This document shows, piece after piece, positions 30,209 to 44,526 of a stretch of DNA of 64,000 nt (the first letter of the stretch is position 1; each line of letters begins with the position of its first letter). Position numbers and translations under genes: made by a program. This stretch comes from an uncultured Planctomycetia bacterium (GTDB lineage Bacteria > Omnitrophota > Gorgyraeia > JABMRG01), in assembly GCA_964493115.1 (NCBI GenBank), contig CAZBNF010000001.1, positions 1,786-65,785 on the forward strand, in the 5' to 3' direction. The notes below the pieces were generated by a model, which was not told where the DNA came from, did no database searches, and saw only the letters and a list, made by a program, of their open reading frames with translations.

Positions 30209-30457
30209 TCATAAAAACTTTTTGCTACAATTGTATAAAGATATTTTGATAGAGATCGCCTCTGGTGATTGGGGGTTCTTTACCGACTTACTTCTCGTAA
30301 AATCAACAATCCATGCCTTCGGCAGCCATGCTTTCCGGTTGTCAAATTCTATCAAGATAGCTTTGCGGGTTTCATGCACAAGCAGAACATCTACCCATAT
30401 ATAGTCATAGTAAGCGTATGGAGCTTTAAGCAACCGCCATATATTAAACATGGCCAC
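30209..30457 (-). CDS. Small hypothetical protein (ETxKAxL...WxPK type, often seen in mobile or phage DNA)
   Basis: 82 aa ORF with SD GAGGTGG. Contains HETRKAILIEFDNRKAWLPKAW and overlaps the end of the upstream gene. Confidence 0.55.
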   Translation of the reverse strand: MAMFNIWRLLKAPYAYYDYIWVDVLLVHETRKAILIEFDNRKAWLPKAWIVDFTRSKSVKNPQSPEAISIKISLYNCSKKFL

Positions 30458-30893
30458 CTCTCTTTCTTCTTAGGCGCTCTGCGCCGAGTTGCATCCATGG
30501 TGGCATTTCGTATCTTTGCTGAGGTTGGCATACCCGCTTGCGCTCACTCGCACGGACAAGCAGCTTGCGGTATTTAATCTGTAAAGTATTAACTGGTAAA
30601 TCCTGTAATTCTACCCACACCTTTGGCTTTTTGTTCTTATATCCGCGAACCATCTCTTTCTGCGTTGTTACAAGGCCCATATTGATAAGCTCCTGCCTTG
30701 CCTTATAAATGGTGGCATTTGCAAGGCTTGTTGCCTCTCTCAGCGCCTTAGCGCTGTAACAGCTCTTCCCTTCTACCCCGCCTGCTAAGACATAAAGAAT
30801 ATATAGCTTTGATGCTGAAGAGGACATGTCTCTTAAAAAACCTAATTCTTTTAAGTCTCTGTCTATCCAGCCAAATGGGTATAATTTTCTCAT
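30444..30893 (-). CDS. Winged helix-turn-helix protein resembling replication-organiser or IS21-associated HTH proteins
   Basis: FGWIDR...ASKLYILY...SCYSAKALREATSLANATIYKARQELINMGLV fits a wHTH pattern. Confidence 0.6.
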   Translation of the reverse strand: MRKLYPFGWIDRDLKELGFLRDMSSSASKLYILYVLAGGVEGKSCYSAKALREATSLANATIYKARQELINMGLVTTQKEMVRGYKNKKPKVWVELQDLPVNTLQIKYRKLLVRASERKRVCQPQQRYEMPPWMQLGAERLRRKRGGHV

Positions 30894-30920
30894 GCAACCC
30901 CGCTATGCTTAATTTTGGTC

Positions 30921-31160
30921 TTGAGATTGCTTCGTCGCTTCGCTCCTCGCAAAGACGAAACATTCAAATACTCTTTATTTCTCTTTACTCTATTTAATAT
31001 GTATAGAGAGTTCAAAATCTGAAACATGCTATACTTAAAGCTGGTTTCAAAAATTGAAATATGCTTTTGGGATTGGGGAAAAAGAAAAAGGGAAGTTAGA
31101 ATGTTTCTAACTTCCCTAATGCCTTGGGATTGCTTCGTCGCTTCGCTCCTCGCAATGACG
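30921..31160. repeat. Two copies of a 37-bp REP-like intergenic element (30921-30957 and 31124-31160)
   Basis: TTGRGATTGCTTCGTCGCTTCGCTCCTCGCAAWGACG; the copies are 35/37 identical. Confidence 0.85.
31080..31117 (-). terminator. Rho-independent terminator downstream of tRNA-Glu
   Basis: 13-bp perfect stem AGGGAAGTTAGAA/TTCTAACTTCCCT followed by a T-rich run on the minus strand. Confidence 0.8.
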
Positions 31161-31214
31161 AGCGCAATCCGTAACTCGTTACAACTCTTTAAGTTACAAG
31201 AGTGTCTGAATCGA

Positions 31215-31290
31215 TGGTGACCCCAGCGGGACTCGAACCCGCGTAAACGGCTCGAAAAGCCGTTGTCCTAGACCGCTAGACGATGGGGCC
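31215..31290 (-). tRNA. tRNA-Glu (TTC)
   Basis: GGCCCCATCGTCTAGCGGTCTAGGACAACGGCTTTTCGAGCCGT...GGTTCGAGTCCCGCTGGGGTCACCA folds as a cloverleaf with encoded CCA. Confidence 0.95.
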
Positions 31291-31315
31291 ACTAATAAAT
31301 CGTGCCTTGTATTAA

Positions 31316-34300
31316 CTAACCTACTGTCTCTGCGACAACAGAGGCCACTGCCGATACCTTATCTTTTGTGCCTTTAAGCGTAATAACGCATACCCCCTGC
31401 GTAGAGCGGCCGCTTTCCCTGATACCTTTTACGGATGTGCGAACAATTGAACCGCTTTCCGTGATAAGCATTATCTCATCATTTTCGGATACTACGCGCA
31501 GGGCTACAGCAAAACCGGTTTTGTCTGTTGTCTTTATGTTGATTATACCCTTCCCGCCTCGTGATTGTATTCTATATTCGCCAATAGGGGTTCTTTTGCC
31601 AAATCCTTTCTCGGATATTGTCAGCAAAGTCGAGTCAGCACGCGCTATCACCATACCTATCACAAGGTCTTTTTTGCCTAAAGATATCCCCCGTACGCCC
31701 CGGGCGGCACGGCCCATGTTCCTGATGGCACTGGACTTAAATCGAATTGCCTTGCCCTCTTTTGTGGCCAAGATAATGTCATCCTTGTCATCTGTGCATG
31801 CCGCCTCGATAAGCTTGTCCCCTTTTTCGATAGTAATGCCTATGATGCCGCCTTTACGCGTATTGGCATAGGCGGCAAGCTCGGTTTTTTTGACAACACC
31901 TTGTTCTGTTGCCATAAAAATATAACCGCCTTTTTCAAAATCCTTGACCCTTACAAAAGCACTTATGGCTTCTCCAGTAGACAGTTGGAGAAGATTAACA
32001 ATCGCCTTGCCTTTTGATGCTCTTCCAGCCTGCGGGATTTCGTGCACCTTGACCATATACGCCTTGCCTGTGTTGCTAAAAAATAGTATGTGCTCGTGCG
32101 TTGTCGCGATAAATAAATGCTCGGCAAAGTCCTCTTCTTTAAGCTCGGCCCCCACCATGCCTTTGCCGCCTCTTTTTTGGCGGCGGTAAGCACTTACAGG
32201 CAATCTTTTAATATACCCTCCGTGGCTTATAGTAATCACCACATCTTCTTCCGCTATAAAATCTTCTATCCGCAGGTCCTCTACTTCACCTACAATATCC
32301 GTGCGCCTGTCATCACCGTATTTTTTTTGCATCTCAAGCAACTCTTCTTTTATGATGCCCAGGACGCGAACCTCGCTTGCCAGGATTGCCTCATATCCTT
32401 GTATTTTTTTGATCAATTCTAAATATTCCGCGTCTATCTTGGTGCGCTCAAGCGCTGTCAGCCGCTGAAGCTGCATCTCGAGAATAGCCTGAGCCTGACG
32501 CGTGCTCAGGTCAAAGTTTTTTTCAAGCGCATTTTTTGCCGACTGCGTATCCTTTGCGGACTTTATAGTCTTAATAATTTTATCGATATACTTAAGCGCT
32601 ATTTTTAAACCTTCCAAAATATGGGCGCGTTCCTGGGCCTTGCGTAACAGAAAATCTGTACGCCGCCTTACAATCTCTTTACGATGGTCAACATGCAGAT
32701 CAAGCATCTGGCGCAGGTTCAAGACCCGGGGCTGGTTGTTAACCAGCGCAAGCATAATAATACCAAATGTCGAGGCAAGTTGTGTGTGTTTGTAGAGTTG
32801 GTTTAAAATAACCTGCGCGGGCCTATCACGCCTAAGCTCCACAACAATCCGGATCCCGTCTTTGTCGGATTCATCTCGTATATCGGAAATGCCGTCTATT
32901 TTTTTATCCGTCACAAGCCTTGCGATAGACTCGATAAGGTTTGTCTTGTTTACCTGATACGGCAGCTCTGTTATGATAATGGCGCTCTTGCCGGCTTTTT
33001 GTTCCTCCACGCTGGCGCGCGCATGCAGTTTTATAATGCCGCGCCCTGTGGTATAAGCGCTCTTTATACCGCTTTTACCACAGATAGTCGCCCCTGTCGG
33101 GAAATCAGGGCCCCTTACAATCTTCATAAGGCCGCTCATATCTGTCTGCGGCTCATCTATCACTTTAATAATCGCGTTGATCGTCTCGCGTAAATTATGA
33201 GGCGGAATATTAGTTGCCATACCTACCGCGATACCGCTGCAGCCATTTACAAGAAGGGTAGGAAGCGCTGATGGCAGCAGCACCGGCTCTTTAAGCGAGC
33301 CATCAAAGTTTGGCGTGAAATCCACGGTCTCTTTATCAATATCCGCAAGAAGCTCATCCGCTATAGAGGCCATGCGCGCCTCCGTGTATCTCATAGCCGC
33401 CGCGGGGTCACCGTCGACCGATCCCCAGTTGCCCTGCCCGTCAACAAGCGGATACCGCAGAGAAAAATTCTGCACCATGCGCACCAGGGCATCATACACT
33501 GACGAATCGCCGTGCGGGTGATATTTTCCGAGGCAATTGTGAGAAAGTATGCCGTTTGCAATAAATTCGTGGTCCCCTTCGACTTGTATATCGTAGGTTT
33601 TTTCTGCAGGCGCTCGTTCGGTTGATGCCACGTTCATGAAATATATATCATCCCTGATAACATCTCTTAAAAAAGTGTAGAGCGGCGAGTTAACCTTGTG
33701 CAGCTTATCCAGTATGCCCCATTCGATAATCTGGGATTTCCTGAGCGCTTTTTCTTTAAGATCTGCCGCATATCTTATCTTGCAGCCCCCTGGATATTTT
33801 ATGCCCGCCCTGAACTTGTTGCCTTCTCCGCCTTGATACCATCCTGCCCCTATGTGTTTTTCGCTTAATTCGCTAAAAACCATCGCGCCGCTATATGGTA
33901 TAATGTCGCAATTTGATTTTTTTAAATTTCTGTTATTTAGTTCCGCGATCCTTTCTTGTTTCTTTTTATCAACCAGGTTTAGTTTGCCCGCTAAGAGTTT
34001 CGCGTTTATGCCTTTTAACTCCAGGGAATAAAATGCTTGCCTGGTATTGACGCGCCTGCCATTTATAACATCCCCCCCCCTTTTGTCTTTGTTTTTGTAT
34101 TTCGCGCCGAACATACCGTAGTGTTGCAGCAAGACAAGAAGCTTATCAATTAAACATTCTGAAGTTGAGCCGTAGTGTATAACGCATCTCTCTTTATGAA
34201 TACTGCCGTCTCCATCGACCAGCCCCGAAACAAAGGAAAAAACAACAGATTCAGGTGAATTAAATATTTGCTGTGGTATTGTTTTTGTGGCCGCCTTTGC

Positions 34301-35149
34301 CCCTTCTATCCCAAAATTTTCCCTTAAAAAATCCACCACATTTTTTCTGCAGGTTCTTGTCGTGTATTGACGGTGTGCGCTGATTACGTACTTGCCATGC
34401 GATACATAGATTTTTTCTTTGATACACGGCACATAGTTGAAATTGGCCATCAATATGTCTGCTATCTTTTCTATTGTTTCGCGCGAATTACAAGAAAAGC
34501 CTATTCTATAAGTGTCTTTTCTGCTCTTTTCCTTTGTTATCCATCCTTCGGCTATAAAAAATCCTAAAAGATAAGCCATATCTTCGTTTAGTTGCGCTGG
34601 GCACTGCCCGCCACAGCATTGACTCAATGCCGTTTTATGTTTGATATCCGGGTATGCGGCCCTTAAAACTACGTAGTCGTTGCTTGTTAGGTTTTTTGCT
34701 TCCTTCCACTCAAGCCCAAATTCTTTGTTTAGCACCTTAAATTTCTGTGAAGGGGTTGCTGTGGCTGTGTTTCCGTTGGCAAGGATAATTTTTACCAGTT
34801 CCTTGGGCGGCATTTCATACAACTCTGATACCGCGCAAATGCCCTTCTGCGTGTAAACACACTCTCCTCGTTTTACATCCTGAATAGGCACAAGCCCTCT
34901 GCTTGTCAAAACAAGTGTGTCTTTTACGAAACAATCCCCTACTATACGAGCGCTTTTTTTGTATGGCTTGGAGTACTGTAAGCTGAGCCCGTGCATAGTG
35001 TAAAGTATTCTGCGCTGAACAGGCTTTAGGCCGTCGCGCGCATCCGGCAGGGCGCGCCCGACAATTACACTCATAGCGTAATTAATATACGAGTCTTTTA
35101 TCTCGTCTTCAACATAGCGCTTCGCTATCTTTTCACCTTGTGTGTACAT
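31316..35149 (-). CDS. gyrA: DNA gyrase subunit A, intein-containing
   Basis: [30 protein letters not shown], GyrA-box QKRGGKG and C-terminal beta-pinwheel repeats. Confidence 0.97.
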   Translation of the reverse strand: MYTQGEKIAKRYVEDEIKDSYINYAMSVIVGRALPDARDGLKPVQRRILYTMHGLSLQYSKPYKKSARIVGDCFVKDTLVLTSRGLVPIQDVKRGECVYTQKGICAVSELYEMPPKELVKIILANGNTATATPSQKFKVLNKEFGLEWKEAKNLTSNDYVVLRAAYPDIKHKTALSQCCGGQCPAQLNEDMAYLLGFFIAEGWITKEKSRKDTYRIGFSCNSRETIEKIADILMANFNYVPCIKEKIYVSHGKYVISAHRQYTTRTCRKNVVDFLRENFGIEGAKAATKTIPQQIFNSPESVVFSFVSGLVDGDGSIHKERCVIHYGSTSECLIDKLLVLLQHYGMFGAKYKNKDKRGGDVINGRRVNTRQAFYSLELKGINAKLLAGKLNLVDKKKQERIAELNNRNLKKSNCDIIPYSGAMVFSELSEKHIGAGWYQGGEGNKFRAGIKYPGGCKIRYAADLKEKALRKSQIIEWGILDKLHKVNSPLYTFLRDVIRDDIYFMNVASTERAPAEKTYDIQVEGDHEFIANGILSHNCLGKYHPHGDSSVYDALVRMVQNFSLRYPLVDGQGNWGSVDGDPAAAMRYTEARMASIADELLADIDKETVDFTPNFDGSLKEPVLLPSALPTLLVNGCSGIAVGMATNIPPHNLRETINAIIKVIDEPQTDMSGLMKIVRGPDFPTGATICGKSGIKSAYTTGRGIIKLHARASVEEQKAGKSAIIITELPYQVNKTNLIESIARLVTDKKIDGISDIRDESDKDGIRIVVELRRDRPAQVILNQLYKHTQLASTFGIIMLALVNNQPRVLNLRQMLDLHVDHRKEIVRRRTDFLLRKAQERAHILEGLKIALKYIDKIIKTIKSAKDTQSAKNALEKNFDLSTRQAQAILEMQLQRLTALERTKIDAEYLELIKKIQGYEAILASEVRVLGIIKEELLEMQKKYGDDRRTDIVGEVEDLRIEDFIAEEDVVITISHGGYIKRLPVSAYRRQKRGGKGMVGAELKEEDFAEHLFIATTHEHILFFSNTGKAYMVKVHEIPQAGRASKGKAIVNLLQLSTGEAISAFVRVKDFEKGGYIFMATEQGVVKKTELAAYANTRKGGIIGITIEKGDKLIEAACTDDKDDIILATKEGKAIRFKSSAIRNMGRAARGVRGISLGKKDLVIGMVIARADSTLLTISEKGFGKRTPIGEYRIQSRGGKGIINIKTTDKTGFAVALRVVSENDEIMLITESGSIVRTSVKGIRESGRSTQGVCVITLKGTKDKVSAVASVVAETVG
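33536..34933 (-). mobile_element. Intein (466 aa) with LAGLIDADG homing endonuclease in GyrA
   Basis: Junctions RIVGD|CFVKDT and ANGILSHN|[10 protein letters not shown]. Endonuclease blocks LLGFFIAEG and [10 protein letters not shown]. Confidence 0.93.
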
Positions 35150-35168
35150 TTATATTTCCTTTAGTCTG

Positions 35169-39330
<4,162 letters not shown>

Positions 39331-39333
39331 GTT

Positions 39334-40428
39334 TTATGTTATCTGCATGGGCAGGACAATATATACATATTCGTCACGTATCCTTAGCACCCCGGGCTTC
39401 TCCGGGCCCGTAAATTCTATTTCCACCGTTTCTTCTTCTATGCTTTTCAAGACATCTAAAAGATATGTTGGATTAAACCCTATCTGCAGTTCCGCGCCCG
39501 AATAAACCACCTCAAGCTCTTCTGTGGTCTCCCCTACCTCCGGTGTTGTTTTACTAATTATGAGTTTATTTTTTGTCAGGTGAAGCTTTATTGCCTGCGA
39601 TTCTACTGTTGTTAGCAGGCTTGCCCGTTTTATGGCTGGTATCAACTGTTCCTTGTTGATCGTTAGCGCGGTTTCTGTTTTGCATGGTATGGCCTGCTGG
39701 TAGTTGGGGAATTCACCCTCAATAAGCCTTGATATGATGGTGGTGTTGTCTATTTGGAAAACAATTTGATTGGTTGTAAATTTTATTAGCACACTGCCGT
39801 CTTCTTTTAGGGTTTTGAATAACTCTTGTACTGTTTTTGCTGGTATTATTATAGTTTGCCCCTCCCGCACCTCTGATTTATGTGGTTTCTTTATAATAGC
39901 CAGGCGCCTGCCGTCCGTTGCTATAATTTGCAGATGTTTCAGTTGGATCTCCATGCAAACCCCATTCAGCACATACCTGGTCTCTTCCTTGCTCATCGCG
40001 AACGCTGTATAGGTAAGCATTTGCTTTAGTGTGTTTTGTTGCATAGTAAGTGTTTGTGTGTTTTGATTGGTAGGTATATTGGGAAATTCTTCTTTTGGTA
40101 TGGTTAGTATTTTAAAAACGGTGTTTTTGGTTGTAATTAATAAGATGTTGTTTTTTTTGGTTGTTATTTGTATATCTTCATTCGGAAACTCTTTAATGAT
40201 ATCCAGAAACCTTTTTGCGGGTATTGTGGTAGAGCCTTGCTCAAATACACCCGCTTCTTGTGTATGTGTTATGCCTATATTTAAATCTGTCGCGGTTATT
40301 TTAATTGCGGTTGGTTCTGTTTCAAGTAATATGTTCGCCAATATAGGGAGTGTATTTTTTTGGGCCACCGCCCCCATTACTATTTGTAAAGATTCTAGCA
40401 GTGCTTGTTTTGGTATAGTTATCCTCAT
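39334..40428 (-). CDS. dnaN: DNA polymerase III beta clamp
   Basis: LPILAN, ATDGRRL, SRLIEGEFPNY, GFNPTYL and IVLPM; immediately downstream of dnaA. Confidence 0.96.
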   Translation of the reverse strand: MRITIPKQALLESLQIVMGAVAQKNTLPILANILLETEPTAIKITATDLNIGITHTQEAGVFEQGSTTIPAKRFLDIIKEFPNEDIQITTKKNNILLITTKNTVFKILTIPKEEFPNIPTNQNTQTLTMQQNTLKQMLTYTAFAMSKEETRYVLNGVCMEIQLKHLQIIATDGRRLAIIKKPHKSEVREGQTIIIPAKTVQELFKTLKEDGSVLIKFTTNQIVFQIDNTTIISRLIEGEFPNYQQAIPCKTETALTINKEQLIPAIKRASLLTTVESQAIKLHLTKNKLIISKTTPEVGETTEELEVVYSGAELQIGFNPTYLLDVLKSIEEETVEIEFTGPEKPGVLRIRDEYVYIVLPMQIT

Positions 40429-40440
40429 ATTAACACCCTC

Positions 40441-40549
40441 TATTTTATCTATTTATTTATTAAATATAATAGTATTAATAGTAATTGGTGTGGAAAGGTG
40501 TATAAACACCTAACCCCCACACCTAATTTGTTTTATAAGATTATCTACA
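40441..40549 (-). other. oriC: oriC unwinding region: DnaA boxes, DnaA-trios and AT-rich DUE between dnaA and dnaN
   Basis: Minus strand after the dnaA stop reads TTATACACC, CTTTCCACA, CC, then AATTACTATTAATACTATTATATTTAATAAATAAAT. A further box-like TTATCTACA lies at 40541-40549. The layout matches the Bacillus subtilis dnaA-dnaN unwinding module. Confidence 0.8.
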
Positions 40550-41883
40550 ATTTGTGTTAGTTGTGTGTTATTTACCATAGCCGACTCTATCTTGTTACAG
40601 GCATGCAATACGGTTGTGTGATCACGCCCCCCAAAAAAACCACCAATTTCTGTCAAGGGGGATTTGGTAAGTTCACGCGCTAAATACATAGCAATCTGCC
40701 GCGGGAAAGCCAACAACCTGGTTCTTTTTTTAATACGCATAGTGTTGGCGCCAACACTAAAATAATCCGCTACAATGCGCTGTATTTTATCAACAGTAAT
40801 ATCAAGCCCCCGCTTGGCCTCAACCTCTTGCAGCACATCTTTAACCGATCCCATACTCACAGGCTGGCCCATAAGAGATGAGTACGCGATTACGCGAATA
40901 AGCGCGCCCTCTAACTCCCTTATGTTTGTTTTAATATTTTCGGCGATATATAACAAAACCCCATCTTCAACCGAGGCGTTTGAAAACTCAAGTTTTTTTC
41001 TTAAGATCGCTACCCGGGTTTCTATATCTGGCGGCTGTATGTCTGTGACAAGCCCCCACTCAAACCGCGAAACCAGACGATTTTCCAGGGCAGGTATTTC
41101 TTTGGGGGGCCTGTCGCTAGAGACAATAATTTGCTTGTGGGCGTCGTATAGGGTGTTGAATGTGTGAAAGAATTCTTCCTGTGTCGATTCTTTACCGGAG
41201 AGAAACTGTATGTCATCAACCATTAAAACATCCAGTTGCCGGTAGTGGTCTTTGAATTTTTGCGTTGTACGGTTTTGTATGGCGCTGATTAGTTGGTTGG
41301 TGAATTTTTCGCTCGACATATACAACACCTTAAGCCTGGGGTGTTTTGTTAGGGTGTGCTGTCCAATCGCCTGCATTAAATGAGTTTTACCAAGCCCGAC
41401 ACCGCCGTAAATAAACAGCGGATTATAGGATTTAGCGGGTGATTCCGCAACAGCAGTGGCGGCAGCGTGTGAAAAACGATTACACCCGCCAATTACGAAA
41501 CTGTCAAAGGTGTATCTGGGGTTGAAATTACTTTCTTTCGCGGCCGGAGCGCGTTCAAATGGATTCTGGAAAAGACGAAAACCGCCACGCTTATCCTGTG
41601 CGTGCGTATCGTCCTGCGGGCCCGCTTCTACCCTGGCCGGTGTTTGGTAGTCTATTGTTAGCTGCTCTTTCTCGATACTTTTTAGGGCGAGGCTTATCTG
41701 GCCTGAATAATGTTCTATAAGCCAGTCTTTAAAAAAAGTGTTTGGCACCTCGACGGAAATTGAATCCATTCCTGAGGACAGCTGCCTGGTGGGGGCGAAC
41801 CACGTTTCATAACTTTGCGGGCTTACTTGTTTGCGTACGTGCTGCAAAACAGCGCCCCACGTACCATCAAGTGCTTGAGACAT
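40510..41883 (-). CDS. dnaA: Chromosomal replication initiator DnaA
   Basis: YNPLFIYGGVGLGKTHL, DDIQF, TQEEFFHTFN and GGRDHTTV. Confidence 0.98.
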   Translation of the reverse strand: MSQALDGTWGAVLQHVRKQVSPQSYETWFAPTRQLSSGMDSISVEVPNTFFKDWLIEHYSGQISLALKSIEKEQLTIDYQTPARVEAGPQDDTHAQDKRGGFRLFQNPFERAPAAKESNFNPRYTFDSFVIGGCNRFSHAAATAVAESPAKSYNPLFIYGGVGLGKTHLMQAIGQHTLTKHPRLKVLYMSSEKFTNQLISAIQNRTTQKFKDHYRQLDVLMVDDIQFLSGKESTQEEFFHTFNTLYDAHKQIIVSSDRPPKEIPALENRLVSRFEWGLVTDIQPPDIETRVAILRKKLEFSNASVEDGVLLYIAENIKTNIRELEGALIRVIAYSSLMGQPVSMGSVKDVLQEVEAKRGLDITVDKIQRIVADYFSVGANTMRIKKRTRLLAFPRQIAMYLARELTKSPLTEIGGFFGGRDHTTVLHACNKIESAMVNNTQLTQIVDNLIKQIRCGG

Positions 41884-41930
41884 AAAACAAACCTCACTTT
41901 AATGTGTAATGGAAAAATAAGAATGCAATC

Positions 41931-42002
41931 ATTATAACAAAAACTTGCCCTTTTGCAAGAGAAAAGTTTTTGCCTTGACTTAAAACCTTTTTATGCTATA
42001 CT
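41931..42002. promoter_or_regulatory. Divergent sigma70 promoters for dnaA (minus) and rpmH (plus)
   Basis: Minus: TTGCAA (41953-41958), 16 bp, TATAAT with extended TG. Plus: TTGACT (41975-41980), 16 bp, TATACT (41997-42002) with extended TG. Confidence 0.7.
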
Positions 42003-42011
42003 CGTTTTACT

Positions 42012-42149
42012 ATGAAAAAACACTTAACAAATAAGTCTAATTTAAAGCGTAAGCGCAAACATGGCTTTAAAAAGCGCATGAGCACAGCAGGCGGCAGAAA
42101 AGTGCTTAAGCGGCGCAGGCGCAAGGGAAGAAAAACCCTGTCTGTATGA
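42012..42149 (+). CDS. rpmH: 50S ribosomal protein L34
   Basis: Below the ORF-track cutoff. Translates as [45 protein letters not shown]. Confidence 0.95.
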   Translation: MKKHLTNKSNLKRKRKHGFKKRMSTAGGRKVLKRRRRKGRKTLSV

Positions 42150-42526
42150 GGCGGGAATCGTCCGTGCGTATACCTGTGCGCCTAGCAGCTTACCGGCTAA
42201 AACGAATCTCTAAGACACGGGATTATCGGCACGCTTACACAGCAGGCACAAAGCTTTCGACGCAACTGCTTAAAATATACATTGTGGGTAGCCTGTTAGG
42301 CTGTACAAGATTGGGTATTGTGGTTGGCAGGCGTGTCAGCCTAAAAGCGGTTGTGCGCAACAGGATAAAGCGTGTAATAAGGCACTGGTTTAGTCAACAC
42401 CTCCCAGCCGCGCTGCGCAATTCATATGATATCGCGGTTGTGGTGCGCCCGGGAGCTGCGCGCGAGAACTGCTCCGCGTCTCTACACATCGACTTAGAAA
42501 CAGTACTAAAAAAATGGCCTTTGTAA
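42146..42526 (+). CDS. rnpA: Ribonuclease P protein component
   Basis: [22 protein letters not shown] motif; follows rpmH. Confidence 0.92.
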   Translation: MRRESSVRIPVRLAAYRLKRISKTRDYRHAYTAGTKLSTQLLKIYIVGSLLGCTRLGIVVGRRVSLKAVVRNRIKRVIRHWFSQHLPAALRNSYDIAVVVRPGAARENCSASLHIDLETVLKKWPL

Positions 42527-42744
42527 ATAAATTGCTCTGCCTGTGCGCTGTGTCTATGATTAAGCTGTATCAGCAGTGTTTTTTTGCCTACCGGCAATAC
42601 GCGCGTTGCAAATACTTCCCCAATTGTTCTGACTATATGATTATGGCTTTGCAAAAATATGGTTTTTGGACAGGCGTAACGCGGGGCGTATGGCGTATAA
42701 TGCGTTGCCACCCGCTGGCAAAAGGCGGGCTTGATTTACCATAA
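42514..42744 (+). CDS. yidD: Membrane protein insertion efficiency factor
   Basis: CKYFPNCSDY and RIMRCHP. Confidence 0.92.
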   Translation: MAFVNKLLCLCAVSMIKLYQQCFFAYRQYARCKYFPNCSDYMIMALQKYGFWTGVTRGVWRIMRCHPLAKGGLDLP

Positions 42745-42795
42745 TCAATATACAACCGTATCATAACATAACCCACCTTATTTAAAGGACTTATA

Positions 42796-44421
42796 ATGAA
42801 TACAGAAAAACGCTTAATGTTAGCAGTAGCCGCGTCAGTTGTTATTATTGTTTTATACCAAGCTTATATGAAGCAATTTGTGAAACCGTATCAGGCAGGA
42901 AATGTAAATGATACGGTTGCAACAGAGCGGGTTGTAGAACAATCGCCTGTGCCAAGCGTGGCGCAACAGGGGACAACAGCCGTTAGCCCAACCGTATCAT
43001 ATGATACGGTTACCATAAGTAACGATATAATGCAAATAGACACAACCGATTCTGGGGCAACGATTAATGAATTATTATTACGAGATTATTATAATAAAGA
43101 AGGTCAGCCTTACCCCTTGCTTGTGTACCAGGAGGGGCAACCCATGCTGTTTGAAACAGTTTTTCTCTCAGGCAACGTGCCCGGCAAGTGGCAATTAGAC
43201 TACAGCCAGGGGCAAGTGGCCCGATATAAAATTGCAAGTGACGGTTTGGCCATATCAAAGACTATTACATTAGATAAGGCGAACCACTTTATTACGCTGG
43301 ATCTTACAATAACAAACACGAGCCCAAAGCAGCAGCTAATACAGTATCGCGTGTATAACGGTTATATAGAAACAGTGCGTGGCCACATGGACAGTAGGTA
43401 TCTGGGTGCTGATATCTTTGTGGATGGTAAGGCCCTCAGAAGACGCGCGTCAAGGGAAACCATGCAAGATGGCGAATTGATACCAGGTACACCAACATGG
43501 ATTTCCACGCGCGGTAGGTATTTTTCGTTTCTTATGAAGCCCGGGCAAGATGCCGAGTCAGCGTTTGTGCAGAGCAGAGGTAAAAACGACCTTTGCACTG
43601 GTTTAGTCTCTTATCCTATTACCCTGATGCCACACAGCGTAGTTAAGCACACTTTTTGGGTGTATGCCGGCCCAAATGATCTTGATGCTATGATGGCTCT
43701 TGACCCAACCGCAACAGAGGTAATTAATTACGGCATTTTTCACATTATAGGTAGATTATTGTTTAAGGGCTTAGGTATGTTTTATCACTGGACCAACAAC
43801 TATGGCGTAGCCATTATTTTGTTGGCGCTGGTGATAAGTTTAATTATGTTGCCGCTTACTCGTAAAAGCCTGCATTCCATGAAAGAGATGCAAAAGATAC
43901 AGCCAGAGACAGAGCTCATACGCAAACAGTATAGTGATAACCCGCAAAAGATGAATAAAGAGATAATGGGGCTTTATAAAAAACATAAAATTAACCCTAT
44001 TGGTGGTTGCCTGCCAATGCTTCTACAGATCCCGATCTTTTTCTCTTTATACCAAGTGTTGTTACGTAGCGTAGAGCTCAAGGGGGCTACTTTTTTATGG
44101 ATAAAGGATTTGGCAGAACCAGATGCGGCATTTGCATTGCCATCTGCCATGCAAAACCTGCCTTTTCTAGGTGGGCACATCAATATACTGCCCATACTAA
44201 TGGCTATTGCAATGGCATTCCAGCAAAGGTTATCGCAGGGCGGTAGCCAGAAAATGTCTGAGCAGCAACGCCTGATGGCAGGGATAATGCCGATTATGTT
44301 TGGTATGATATTTTATAATATGCCCTCAGGGCTCGTGCTATATTGGTTTACCAACACGCTCTTCATGCTTGTTATACAGGAAGTGGTGTTAAAGTCACGT
44401 TTTTTTGCAAAGGCAGTATAG
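42796..44421 (+). CDS. yidC: Membrane protein insertase YidC
   Basis: NYGVAII, NPIGGCLPMLLQIP, FLWIKDL and PSGLVLYW. Confidence 0.96.
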   Translation: MNTEKRLMLAVAASVVIIVLYQAYMKQFVKPYQAGNVNDTVATERVVEQSPVPSVAQQGTTAVSPTVSYDTVTISNDIMQIDTTDSGATINELLLRDYYNKEGQPYPLLVYQEGQPMLFETVFLSGNVPGKWQLDYSQGQVARYKIASDGLAISKTITLDKANHFITLDLTITNTSPKQQLIQYRVYNGYIETVRGHMDSRYLGADIFVDGKALRRRASRETMQDGELIPGTPTWISTRGRYFSFLMKPGQDAESAFVQSRGKNDLCTGLVSYPITLMPHSVVKHTFWVYAGPNDLDAMMALDPTATEVINYGIFHIIGRLLFKGLGMFYHWTNNYGVAIILLALVISLIMLPLTRKSLHSMKEMQKIQPETELIRKQYSDNPQKMNKEIMGLYKKHKINPIGGCLPMLLQIPIFFSLYQVLLRSVELKGATFLWIKDLAEPDAAFALPSAMQNLPFLGGHINILPILMAIAMAFQQRLSQGGSQKMSEQQRLMAGIMPIMFGMIFYNMPSGLVLYWFTNTLFMLVIQEVVLKSRFFAKAV

Positions 44422-44445
44422 TAGCAATTTTTATATCTTTTATGG

Positions 44446-44474
44446 TTGACAAAGCAGTCGTAATGGTATAAAAT
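44446..44474 (+). promoter_or_regulatory. Sigma70-type promoter upstream of parA
   Basis: TTGACA, 17 bp, TAAAAT. Confidence 0.6.
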
Positions 44475-44526
44475 TTCTATAGTAAGTAGCATAAGTTGTG
44501 ACCAAAGTGTTATGGCGAGTGGGGCA

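Noticed and set aside
30006-30212. ORF-track N-terminal extension of the giant protein (start at 30212)
   Set aside because: The region contains a consensus promoter, and ATG 30005 has an SD and begins a signal peptide.
30748-30963. 71-aa ORF beginning MFRLCEERSDEAIS
   Set aside because: It is a translation of the REP-like repeat and overlaps the wHTH gene in another frame.
30921-31160. CRISPR array
   Set aside because: There are only two repeat copies, 166 bp apart, and no cas genes; a REP-like element fits better.
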